A stretch of 62,906 bases of DNA, the filler included, from Perkinsus chesapeaki ATCC PRA-425 (lineage: Eukaryota > Protista > Perkinsozoa): assembly GCA_013115145.1 (NCBI GenBank). It is 3 parts of 3 records of this genome, joined end to end, with 100 filler letters (N's around TTAATTAATTAA, not from the genome) between each part and the next. Parts side by side here need not be neighbours in the genome. Positions count along the whole stretch, not along the records: positions 6,747 to 37,021 come from JAAPAO010000439.1; 2 more parts are not named here. One strand, 5' to 3'. Positions 12,338 through 24,700 of the stretch are shown here, piece after piece. The notes beneath the pieces are model-generated. The model had not been told where the DNA came from and made no database searches. It worked only from the letters and a program-made list of their open reading frames with translations. The translations under genes and the position numbers were made by a program. Positions within the stretch are counted from its first letter, which is position 1. Every line of letters begins with the position of its first letter.

Positions 12338-15129
12338 CTTACAACTTCAAGTGCCACTCCCAATTACCAACTGAAATAGTACTGTTTTGACGCCTATTTC
12401 CTCAGCCGCCGACTGCCATCCCAATACAACTCGAATCATTCCGATTCCAAGACGTCACTGCTCGGTAATCTTTCAAGATAGGTTATTTCCTCCGCATCTT
12501 ATAACTCCGACATCTTCCACAAAATGCCCATCAGTTCACCAATAATATGTCGACCTCGACACCGAATCAACCTCCACGGCCTCTACTCAACTCAACGCAA
12601 CAGGCGACAGTTGGACAGCATGAGGGAACATCACAGTAAATTATCGGGCTCCATGTACAGCCTGGCGGTCCTTCTATAAATAGCATTGAAAGCCACCACT
12701 GCTCTCGGCAACCGCGGATGCCTGAATACTGCTAGCCGCCCAGCCCGGCGATCACAAGCTTACTCCAGGAGATTCGCTGGTATTATTTCTAGCGTGGTTT
12801 TCATCGACAACAACGTATCCACGAGCTGGTCGAAACTACGCAGAAGCCCCCCCGTCAACCGCTCGGCTCGACGAATCTGAAACGCTCTGATCAAGGAAGC
12901 GGGGCGACTGTGCTTGGCACTCCATCGGAGGTCCGGGGTGGCATCTCGAGCTTGTCGGTGGTCCCTCGACGCCTGACCGGCCCGATAACCTTGAAGGCGT
13001 ACTCCTGAACGCGGACTCTTGAAATCGCTCACTGCAGAGAAGTAGCAGAAATTTCAACAGTGAACGTTCCTAGTGAAGTGACACGGATCCCATCGCCGAC
13101 TAGGATCACCCCATACGTGCATCACATTTGTTATTATCCTATTCATTCACCCCCTCCTAATCGAGTGGCCTACCTGAAGCGCCCCGGTCTTCTGACAGCA
13201 ACCCATAAGACTCACCCCACCGGAGCGAAGGAGGGTGAGGTCAGCCCCAGACAGACCCGCCAGAAGCGTCACAAAGCCCTGCACAGTGAGCGCTCAATTC
13301 CCTTCCCTTTTCTATAATACCTGCTCCCCCATACTGCAGCTCATCCTCCTGCGTGCGGCACCATTGATCGGCTTCCCTAGACCACTCCAGACTGATCCAG
13401 TGGAATCCGGGCGCTCAGGCGGCATCGCGGCCGTTGTACAGCATTCCTCCGCGATGCTTTGCGCCAGGCCTGGAGGACATAGAGCCAGAAGAGCGGCTCC
13501 TTCCACTACTTCTTTCATCGCTATCTTCGTGGCTGATGGTTCCGTGGAGAGCATTCTGCACATACCTGAGGCAAGCATGCCTCCCTCCGTCAAGAGTGAG
13601 CTTACTCGGCAACAAGTAGCAATACAGGATCGAAGAACAGGCATCTGTCGACCACCGGCACCAGGACCGCTGTCAATGCCGGCAACGCACTGCAGATACC
13701 CTGCCAGATACCTCCTGTTCGATGCTAGTTTCCGGGCCCACCTCGAGCAGCATAACCGAATTCACCTTCTGCTTCTCACACCGTGGAAACGGCAGAAGCC
13801 TCTCCCGCTCTGTAGAGACCCTATAGGCATCGCAGTGTAGAATTGCTACCTCTAGATCGAACAAATGGTTCCACGGCAAGCATGATGTTCACTAATGGCT
13901 GGAAGGACGTTACCACGTGCGACTCCTTCTCGTGCCTAGTGAAGCCTCCAACGCCAGACCGACGGCGTGCCTCACAGCCAAGCTCTTTCGAAATCCACCC
14001 ATGCCTGCCATGTGTCTGATATGTACTTGATGCCTATCTTTGCAGAGCTACCGCTCGCATAGGCAGCGAGCCGTTGTCTGAGATCGTTGTATCTGCACCA
14101 CGCCTTCGGACGGGTTTTACGCGTTTTTGATTACGCCAGGAGAAGCCGGTCTCGTAGTCGCAGTAATTGCTCCGAATGCGGCAGAACAAAGCCGTTGAGC
14201 ACCTGCTCGGACCCGTGTAATCGCCTGCGCGCTTTCCGACAGACCTCGGAGTCCTCCAGTGAAATGGCCGCCCGTATGACTTCAGGAATAAAGATCCTCT
14301 GCTGGTCGGTTGTACTGTCGGTCGAGGAGAAGAGAAACTGCTAATATGATTCCAAAAGAGGTCGCTTGTGAGCGTCCATTCGGCAATTAAGGAAAGTTCC
14401 CCGTCCGAAGCCATCCGCGCTATACAATGTGGCGATGAGCATTCTCGTGGGGATTGGAAACGCCGAAAGCCGGCCAATGAAGTCTTACCTGATCCCGCCT
14501 CGGTACGCAGTCTCGACCAGTGAACCCAGGTGAGTTATCCAGCGGCACGTGCCGATCGATAACGTACCTGCGGGAAGGCCGTTGCCTGCCGAGAAGGGAT
14601 CTTTTACGCTTCAAGCTCTCGTAGGTTGTTGTCAAGGATGTCTAGATGCTCGGAGCCTCCGAGCTCCCGTCTTAACGCCGAGCAGGAGAGCTCAGTCGAC
14701 AGGCTGGACAAGGAGGACGCGGATGGCATGCTAATGGACCCTAGCTGAGCTCAAATGAATCTTGTACATTCGGAAGGTAGATTCCTTTCCATGTTACACA
14801 ATGCGGCAACGGTGCTATCAAGGCGTTGGAACAGCGAGTGCTTTAAGCCACTAGGATCATTATTCTATCAATCGTTACCCATAGCGGTGAGTATCCTTTT
14901 GCACTAAAGTGAGTGAGATCAATCTCGTACATGCTTACGGTGCAACGCATTGGGGCTTCGAGATTGAACAGTTACGCACGGCTTATACTAACGAGTGCTG
15001 GTTCGAGAAGCATCTCCACTGTAATTGAGCGGTTGCAATCTCGCTCGCCCTCGTAATCGATAGCTAATCTCATGCCCGTGCGTCGGACCTTAAGACCACG
15101 AGTGAAGACAACATCACCCTGTCGACACC

Positions 15130-15972
15130 ATGAGCAAGCTCTCTATCGACAACCTGAAGACTGCTATTGCCGCCATCCTGGAGGCCTCTCAGGAGAAGCC
15201 CAGGAACTTCTTGGAGACTGTTGAGCTCCAGGTAACTATGGGCCGCCGCTTTGGGGGGGATCAATCAGAATTGTGAGTGCGGATGATGGTTATCAGAAAC
15301 TTGAATTCCAACGCTTGCCTTTGGCTTTGCGAATGCTGGACAAATTTCACTGACGCCTCGACTACTTCTCTTTCGCCAAGTTACTTTTCTTTATTTGGCC
15401 AATATGGTGATTGTTTTCAGGTCGGACTCAAGGATTACGATACCCAGCGCGATAAGCGTTTCTCCGGTACCGTGAAGCTCCCCCACGTCCCCCGCCCTAA
15501 CATGAAGATCTGCGTCTTGGGTGACGCCGTCCACTGTGACGAGGCCTCCAAGATCGGTGTTGACTTCATGAGCGTTGATGACCTTAAGAAGCTTAACAAG
15601 AACAAGAAGCTCGTCAAGAAGCTCGCCAACAAGTACGATGCCTTCTTGGCCTCCCAGGTCCTCATCCCCCAGATCCCCCGTTTATTGGGACCTGGTCTCA
15701 ACAAGGCCGGTAAGTTCCCTACCCTCATTACCCATAACGATGACATGTCCAAGAAGATCCTTGACATGAAGTCCCAGGTCAAATTCCAGCTTAAGAAGGT
15801 CCTTTGCATGGGCGTTGCCATCGGTAACGTCGGCATGACCGCTGATGAGCTCAAGCAGAACTCTTTGATGAGCATCAACTTCCTCGTCTCCCTGCTTAAG
15901 AAGAACTGGAACAATGTGAAGACCCTTCACATCAAGTCTACTATGGGCCCCGTCCAGCGTATCTACGGTTAA
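15130..15972 (+). CDS. RPL10A: 60S ribosomal protein L10a (uL1), 2 exons (15130-15231, 15421-15972)
   Basis: [10 protein letters not shown]...[10 protein letters not shown]|[21 protein letters not shown]...[15 protein letters not shown]...[18 protein letters not shown]; strongly biased codon usage. Confidence 0.98.
15275..15359 (+). ncRNA. Candidate intronic box C/D snoRNA in the RPL10A intron
   Basis: C box ATGATGG at 15283, D box CTGA at 15350-15353, terminal stem GAG(T)GCG/CGCCTC in K-turn register, D'-like TTGA at 15301, C'-like ATGCTGG at 15333. Confidence 0.6.
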
Positions 15973-16507
15973 GCTGTGTTCGGATGTCTCGTAAGGGTGA
16001 ATAAGACAACGGGTTGTTTTAGCAGCAGTCTTCGGTGCACCAGTCACTGAGGCCTCGGCCCTATACTGGGAGATGTTTGTTCGTCACCAACCGAAGGACT
16101 AGATGATTTGCGTTGTTAAACTTGTACCTCGGGAAATGTACCATCGTCAAAGTCGATCGGGACGGCGGATATGAGGACAACCAATACACCACTCTGTCTG
16201 ACTAACGGTCCTAGGACCAAAAGTGAAGACAAAAATCTGTCATGCATCACCAACTGATCCGTCTAATTAGTGATTACTATCAGGAGAACACCGTGCCGTA
16301 ATAGAGTATTCGTCCAAGGAATACCTCAGGCATCGTCGGCGTCGTTCGAATGGCTTAAGTGATTGCTTGCTCTTCATGTATGGGACGGCCCAGTGGGAAG
16401 GCGGTTCTCTAGAGTCTCATGTCCTGATGTCATTGTATCCTCGCTAATCCTCTGGGTTGGGTTGTGTGATTGTACGGGACCTGTGTGGCAGCCATGCTGA
16501 TTAAGAT

Positions 16508-18636
16508 ATGTCAATGACAACAGTTGAGAGTGTTCACCAGGACAGGCAGCTCCACGGTACGTCCCGCCGGGCTGGGAATCGTCCCACGTTCGATCAGGTT
16601 CCTCTGTATCAGATGGTTCGGAGCACCACGAATGGCGCACCTTCGTCGATCATAGTTCGGAGCTGAGCGGCATTCACACGGAGCCATCCCTGGACAAGAT
16701 GCAGGCGACACGAGAGGCTAGGACTATGTCTACCTCCGGGGGCTTTGAGCCGACGAAGCCAAGCTCCTTCGCTTGGGGAGAAAACAATTTCCCTTCGGAA
16801 AGGCCTTATGAGACTAGCGGTGGCTTTGATAATATGGGGGACCTCAGGGACACTAGGAACAGCCTCCACAGCGCCGATGGCATCTCCCGCACTAGGAAGG
16901 ATTTGTTGGCGGCGGGCTCGCCTGTGGGAGGGTTCAGGGCCACTAACAGCGCCAATGAACTGAGGAGGATGTCCTTGATGGGTAGGGGGTTCGATTCGGC
17001 TCGGCATGGAACGCCGGCGAGGGCACCGTCGAGGTCTCTACTGGAGGAGTCCCCAGGTGGGGGGCACGGCGCTGCTACGTTCAGCCATGGGCCAAGGGAC
17101 ATCCGGTTTGACTATGTCTTTGAAAATCAAACAAATGAACAGCCGAAAAAGGGATTTGAATTCGAGAAAGGTGAAATAGGATTTAGCGGAGCGAAGCAGA
17201 TGGACAGTCGGGCGCTGTCGTTTGATGACGAGAACACACTGGATTGGGGCAACCAGTCCACTCCTCCGACACCAGCGTCTTTTGTAAGTCTGGATACGAC
17301 TGCCCACCATACAGCGTGGGAATCGGGCCGCACGGAGATCAGGGCTCCGGCAGCATCAGTGGATTCAACGGAGCTGAGCGGCTGGGCTGTCGCGGTCGAT
17401 GAGGAGTCTGTAATTGCTGAGACGGAAGCGAACGGTTTGCGGGAGTGGTCGAGGGCAACCGACAATTTTAGCCGAGCAGGGAGCACCAGGAGCTTGGCCA
17501 CGAGGGACAACGGTGTTGCTTGCGACAGCCCCTGGCGGGGATCGGTGACGGGACGCTCGAGCGTGGTGCCAGAGCCTAGCCTCGATGATGTTCAGGAGTG
17601 GCCTCGAGCCCCGTTTGATACCCCGATGAGCTCCTCAGCGTGGGGAGACAGCTCGGTTGAGGGATGGCCGGGGACCACTGTGGCGAGGAGTCTGGACTTC
17701 AGCAATGCTGAGGATATGTCGACAACGAATGGGGGGACACATCGGCATCGTCGTCATCACCATCACAGTAAGCACCATAAAAAGGCAAGTCCCCCGCCTA
17801 TGGCGAATCTGGAATCGGACGACCGGGCTTTGGCGAGCAGCGCTGTGGAGGCGTGGAAGCCTCCCCAGCCCGGGGCGGCTCAGCGGTCGCCGTACAAGCG
17901 GTCCTTGTCGGCGCAGTGCTCCCAGCACTTGAAGAAGGTGTCGACGTCTTTGGCTGGGCAATGGGACGCCTTCAAGATTGGAGTGCTCGGGAGGAGATCT
18001 TCCAGGGTTGCGGACGAGTCGCTTCGGCGAAGCTTCGACTCCGAGCTGGAGAATTATTTGTATTTAATGGAAATGACGGAGCATATACCGTCGGTGAGGG
18101 AAATGGTCATTGAGCCGTGGGCCAAGTACTTTGCTTTGAGAATGCAGCAGGGATCTGAAGCGGCAGAGGAGGAGGAGGAAGTAGGGGAGGGGGAGGACTC
18201 CTTGGGAGCTCTTCTGACAGAGGAGCCCAGACCGGTGCGGACGGAGCGAAGAATTTTCGTCAGTATATTGTCCTTCCCGGCGGGCCTACCCCGGCCGGAC
18301 TCCCTGGAGATGAGGCTCTACACGAGCGACAGGTCTGAGATCCTGGCCATGGCCTACGCCGCTCGAGGAGAGCCCCTGTCGCTCGAAGTGCCACAGGACA
18401 TCCCTCCGAATCCATTAATCGAGCTCATCTTCGGCGGCTGCGAGCTGGTTGCGCGGTATGAGTGGGCGGCGGCAATCTGCTGTCCAGGCGCGCCATTGGA
18501 GGCGGGACTGGAAGAGAGGGGGAGGCGGAAGGATGAGTTTGGAGTTGGCGAGGAGCCCAAGAGTATACTTGCCTCGTTCAAGATTGCTTATGTCACCAAA
18601 GAGAGCTTTCGACAGTCAGTTTCTTCACTTATGTAG
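16508..18636 (+). CDS. Hypothetical protein (~700 aa), long Ser/Gly-rich disordered N-terminus and a folded-looking C-terminal region
   Basis: The 645-codon ORF from 16699 extends upstream in frame across a 41-nt GT-AG intron (16557-16597) to ATG 16508. No family recognised. Confidence 0.7.
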
Positions 18637-18759
18637 ACGCCGATTGCCTTTGCGTTTATTGGTATGCGGAGAGATTCAGGAACTCAATAAGCAGCAACAG
18701 CAGCTAACAACAAAGATACTATAAGCGGTCACTCCAATCCCTGTCAGTTTCCCTGTAGT

Positions 18760-21700
18760 ATGGAGCTCTCGACGGAGGTCATCAACTTTGGGATAGTGCC
18801 GACAGATCGACCGTCGTATCAGGAGGTCCTTATCAAGAATGGTAATGCCAGTGGGGGGGAAGCGTCTGTTTTCGGGAGCCTCTGGGACCTCTGATTTTGT
18901 GTGGGGTGACTTATTACGGTCTTTGTAGGCTCTAAAGAAGAGCAACAGTTTACGTTTTCTAAGAGGGAGGAGAAAGGCGCGGGAAGCGTGGATGTGCGGA
19001 TACAGCCGGAGACAGCTGAGGTTGCCCCAGGTGATACTCGGGCGGCCCGTTTGTGACCGCTGATTTGGGGCCATCGCCTGGAGCAAAAGGGCACGTTGTT
19101 TATGGCGTAGACTTAAGTGGCTAAATTCCAAGCACTGAAGATGACTCAGGATTGCTACTTCTTCAAGCGCTATCTGTATTGGAGACAGCAGGTATCGCCT
19201 CCATCTCCAAAGCCAGTTGGAAATTTCCCTTATCAACAAGCAATAAGCCATCGTTAGCAAACCATACTTCTTTCGTGTCGGTTTGCATCTGCCTACGGTA
19301 TCTCTCCGTAGTAAGTTACAATGTTCTTTGTTGTCGGTATTGGTGGGAATGATGCACGCTTCAGGGACCGTGGAAAGCGTATCTTTCGAACTCTAAACTA
19401 TTGCTCACAGCAAAGCTGTTCGCAGCGGCCATCCTGCGGGTCCCTTGTATTACAGTTACTTGCCTTCCAGGTGCCACCTTACGAGCCGTAATTGAACTTC
19501 GTATGACGGATCCGTCCAGCACAGGAGGCCCCTTTGAGATTATTTATGACGCTGATCTCGGCGGTCGCAGCACTCGCTCGCAGCTACAACTGATGGGTAA
19601 GTCTCTCTCCAGCCAGCTTAGTGCCGTAAGTCGCCCAGGTACCTTTGTCAAACCGAGCTTGGAAATGGTGGTTGAAGGCGCCGATCCGGAGACGGTGGAT
19701 TTCGGGCAGGTAACTATACTATTGGGCTCGCATCAGTTGTGAAACTTTCGAGAATGCACATCAATTGGCAAAGGGGAGTTTAGGAGGTCAAATATCGACT
19801 TCACGATATCTTTGTGTTTACGGCAACGGAGTTTGATCCATATTGCCGTATTGAGGCACATTTAATAGGCGAGGTGTCCATAAGCATTGTGCTGGCAGAA
19901 CCTATCTAATTCGGCTGGGTAGTATTTACGGTGTCTCTCAGGTGTACTTTGGGTTGCGAAAGACAGTTAAAGTGCGGCTTATTAACGAAGGGCCACTAAG
20001 CCTGCCGTTCTCATCGTCGATCGAGGAGGCTGATGACATCCCTGCTGGGGTCATCGAGGTCTCGCCTCTTGGCGGGGTGGTGAAGGTGAGTGGGTAGCCT
20101 TTCGACCATCGGTATTGTTGTCTATCAGGCGTTCGACACGACGACCATTCACGTAACATTCCGGCCTCCAAAGTAAGTACGTAGACTGCAGTAATGTTGT
20201 GACCCCATTGAACTTGACATTTGAATGATAAAGTTGAAGCCATTTATCCCACTGTATCACCTATCGCCCGCGAGCGCCAGTCTATATTGCTGATAGCTAA
20301 ACTCTGTGATTGATCATTGATCTCCGTAATGATCTACGATGCGAGCTTTTCAAAGGAAATTGTGTTTCTCTGTAGTGCGATCAGCGGCCTCCTGTGATCA
20401 GGTATATAGATCAGAAGGGCTTCCAGTGCACCAGGGCGGCCCAGGAGGTCCACACGGAGTACAAGTGCGTGGTAAAGGTCGAGTGTGAGGAGCTTCAGGA
20501 CTTGGAGCTTGTTCGGCCTGTTATTGGCAGTGGAATAGTAATAGGCGGCGGTGCTGTCACCACGAAAGCCTGTTGCTGTAGGTTCCAACGCTGTCGGCGT
20601 CACCGGCTTCCTTGGACTTTGGCGGATGTCCGATGTAAAGTGTCTCTGTATCTCCCTCCCATCACCGCTGTTGTTCAGGGGCGATCGGAGGGACATTGTC
20701 GTGACTCTCCGTAATGAGCATGCATCTCTCCCGGTGGATTGGACGGTACCAAATGTGTCCCACATTACCGTCATGCCAGCAAGCGGGAAAATTGTAATAA
20801 CTCTGGGGGGGGGTTTTCATGTCGTTTTAATGCGTATAAGGTTATGCGTTTCTACTTGTATGATACAAATAAGATCGATAAATAATAAAGCAATAAATAC
20901 AAATTGTGTTTATTGCGAGATGCGATAAGAAGACGTGAAAATAATCTTCAGGATGCCGGCAGCGTGCTCCATTGGCTTGGAGAGCCATAAATTTCAATAG
21001 GGAATCCTCTCGGGTTTTGTGGGAAATCCCCGCGGCAAGCTAGGATACTATTCCGGCAAGTGGGAGTTGGCAACGATCGGAGTCAATTTCAGGGCCCTCT
21101 GTCGACGCAGGAAGTGGTGGTGACCTTCTCGCCCAAGTCCATAGGGCATCATCAGCGCAACGTCCGCGTTATGTACTGCAAGAGCCTCTACTCGCTGCTG
21201 GTGTATGCAATCGGCTGGGGGGAGGTCGCCACGGTCCCACGAGAGAAGAGGCGGAAAGGCCTCGAGGCCAACGTGGATGATTTCGCACCGCAGTACAAGT
21301 TCGTGGATCAAGAGAACGTGAAGGCGCAGAGAGCGGCGGCTGCTGCTGCAGCTAGGGAGGATGGGAGACCGATAACGCTTACTCGAATAATGAAGAGCAA
21401 ATCTACCAGTAGGCGGGCTAGGTACACTTGTCATTGGTTAGGGGTCTATTGTTCCGTAGGGTACACAGTAGAAACTTTAGTACTGTGCACAGAGTATAAT
21501 TTTACATTGGGCTGTTACCACAGCTTTATTTAGTTTTGATACTTTACTACTAAGCTTGAAATATGGAGATATTGAAATATTCATTGATATATTCATGATA
21601 ATATTCATATATTGATATATGATATGAAATATTCAATAGAAAGGGAATTAGCTCGAAATCGGGGGTTGAGATACCTATGATCATCACAGTACTGATTATT

Positions 21701-24700
21701 TAATTTCTATACAAAGCTCTATGTGAATAATCAGTATGGAGACTTCAGTAGAAAAGATATCAGCTCGTAATTGGCAAGATTTTACCAGTCTACTGCCGGA
21801 TTTCTGGGACTGTGCGCACGGTTCAATTAGTGTGTCGCGGTAGACTTTGCTAGTTTCCTAGGTCATGCAGCCTATTGGGTAGGTATGGACCACGCCGAAT
21901 CATCGATGCTGCTGCGAAGTGTCTTGCTGGAGCGCACTGGGGAGACGACCGAGTACGCCCTCTCTCCGAGCGGCATGCAGGAATATATACGAAACAAGCA
22001 AGTGTATAACGACTACATAAGGAAGGCTGGGCGGGAGGGGAATAAAACTAAGGGAAGCAAGAAGGATGTGGATATCTTTGGGACTGATGACGTCGAGCTG
22101 GGACTCTATAGGAAGCTCAAAAGTCCACGCCTGTCGGTGGACGAGATAGTCCATGATAGGCTATATGAGCTCAGACCTGCTGAAGCAGACGATGGAGGGC
22201 CTCGAGGAGTCACGGGGATAAGGTCAGTGTCACTGGCACTGTGTCAGCGCTCACGGATATGTCTTATTATTACAATCACATGTTACGTATAATTGCTATT
22301 AGTGCGACGCGAAGCTGATTAATTATTCTGAACTTCAGTCATCTCGCTACGAGAAGTCGGATTTCGAATGATGCCTCCGTTTTTAAATGAGGTTGCCATC
22401 TTTGGTGCCCTTAAGGTACTCTCATGACGAGACAAAGTTGATGCGAAAGAAGCACAAGGCCGCTCCGTTGACTCAAGCGGAAACTAGAGACTGCGGGCGA
22501 GCTCTGGAGGCCTGGCAATTGGGGCTTGTCAGCTGTGGCCCTATGCGGCTCGACTTCGGAACTATGTTTGTAAGTAGAGATCGCTGTTGAGCTCAGTAAG
22601 GGTTTTTAAGCATTAAAAACCTGAGGGTTGGAGGGAATCAATTTTAGAGCTTCTTCCCTCCAATCACTCGATACCAGTGTTCAACGCAACTGGCTTTGGC
22701 CAACGTTGTGCGACTGTCAGATCAATACTGTGGAGTGTGCAGAATCAATTCGCCTGGTCTTCCAGCGTGAACTGTTCCTTCGACTCGGGATAAATTTTCG
22801 CGACCTACTCATGCGCATGAATAAGTCTCCAATGTCGACTTCAAGACGATATCTATTTTCAGGTGCGGTCATCGGCAACTCGAAGCTTCTCTGTCTTTAA
22901 CGACTTACCATCATCGATATTGGTCACTGTGTCTACATCGGATATTGACGAACTAAAGCGGAGTATTCCTTCCTCGCAGGTACGTAGGAAATACCGTCTC
23001 TCGCTAATTTTTTCGTTTCTCGAAATTTCGTTATCGCTTACGGGTCCTAATTACAGCGGCTTCACGGTGTAGTAATGGAATGCCTCGACGAACTGCAATT
23101 GATAAAGCCCTTCACGGATAATACTGGGCTTGTTCCGTTTGTGAATTTCAACTGCACGATTTCCTGAAAAAGTGCAAAAGTAGCTCTTTCCAAGTAAACG
23201 TCAACTTGATACTCGTTAGGTTATTCCTTCTGCGAAGGCTGCGGGCTTCGACATCGTCCTGAGCTCGGCCACGCCCCAGCAGTTTCAGCGCCATGTTAAT
23301 GTGGTGATCAACGGACGGCATCAAAGGAAGTTTATAGTGAAGGCAAACATAGTACCTGTTAAGGTGGGCCGAACCGGGGCTGCTCGCTTCCCTCTTACTG
23401 GCTCCGCAGCTAAATCTGTCCGAGTCCGAGGTGAACTTCCGTATTGCCAGTGATGACCTCAACCAGACTTTCGTGGAGCGCATCACTCTTTCGAACGAGG
23501 TAGGCACATCGGAGAATCGGTTTTTGATTCGCCTGTCAGGGTAACGCACCTGCGAGCTATGCTTGGGACATTTCCGATCCGGAATGCTTATCGATACGCG
23601 CATGCGATAGTTCGAATGTCAGCAGTGTCCACCCGAAGTAGAACTCCCTTCGCTTCTCTATCTGGCGTATCACATTATAGGTGCAACTCCGTGCAAGAAA
23701 TAGTGTTCACGCCACCGCCGAACGGCCAGCCTATTGAGGGTCTCCTGACTTTGCACGTCAGAGATGGTAACTTCTGGGAGCTTGCAGAATTCCCACTGCT
23801 GTGGTGCCTCAGGCCCGGACCAGACCGTTCGGGTATTCGCCCACTGCCCGCCAGCCTCGTGTCAATTCCTAACGCGCAAGTGCGATTTCGGCACCGTGGC
23901 TTGTGGTATGGCGCAAGAACGCTCTATTTTGGTCGGAAACAATGGCAACTACGCTGCAGCCTATCAAGTAGCCTCGGAGACCGAAGGCGAGCTGGAAGTT
24001 GGTGCTTCAGGTGCTGGACGTGCCCGATGGTGTTACTGTAAAGCCAAACCGTGGTGTGGTGCCCGTCGACGGGCGTGTGGAACTTACAGCGTCTTTGACG
24101 GTTCACAAGCCGGCTCACATTGATTCCTACATTATCCTTAAGATACGTGCTGGAAAGAGCATACGGTAGGCCCTTGCATACGGCGGTTTAGCCCCTGACT
24201 GGTCGCAGGATCCCCGTCCAAGCTATGGTTATGTTGCCTGACATCAGAATTGTCGAAGAGGAGATTAGCTTCGGGGCGCTAACGCTCGGAGGAGTAGCCA
24301 CCACCTCGTAAGGGCCGCTGCTGCTGCTGCTGCTGTTTTGCAGTCGCCATATAGGTGCACGTTCCTAAACGCCGGTGCGGTGGAAGGCACTGTGTTCGTG
24401 AACTGCACGCCACATCCCGAGTTTTCGCTGCGTATGCAGCATGTACTGGACTCTAAGGGCCAGGTAGCCAAACGGCAATCTCTAAGAGAGAGCTGACGGT
24501 TTCAGGAACTTGGAGTATCTGAGGTCGACCCGCAGACTATGGTGGCCATCAGCAGCGACGAGCTTGCCGCGGAGACGACGGGGCAGAAGAAGACAGGTCG
24601 GCAATATCACAATGGGAAAGTCGATGCTACTTTTGCCATTCTCAGACGGAGATATCAAGATTACATCGCCGTGCCTTACAGCAACGCACAACACTCCACT

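Noticed and set aside
12500-14750. Several overlapping ORFs on both strands
   Set aside because: Probably genic, but neither strand nor exon chain could be fixed and no domain was recognised.
15435-16047. Long minus-strand ORFs over RPL10A, and similar antisense ORFs over PEX1, CFAP47 and WDR46
   Set aside because: Antisense shadows of biased codon usage in real genes.
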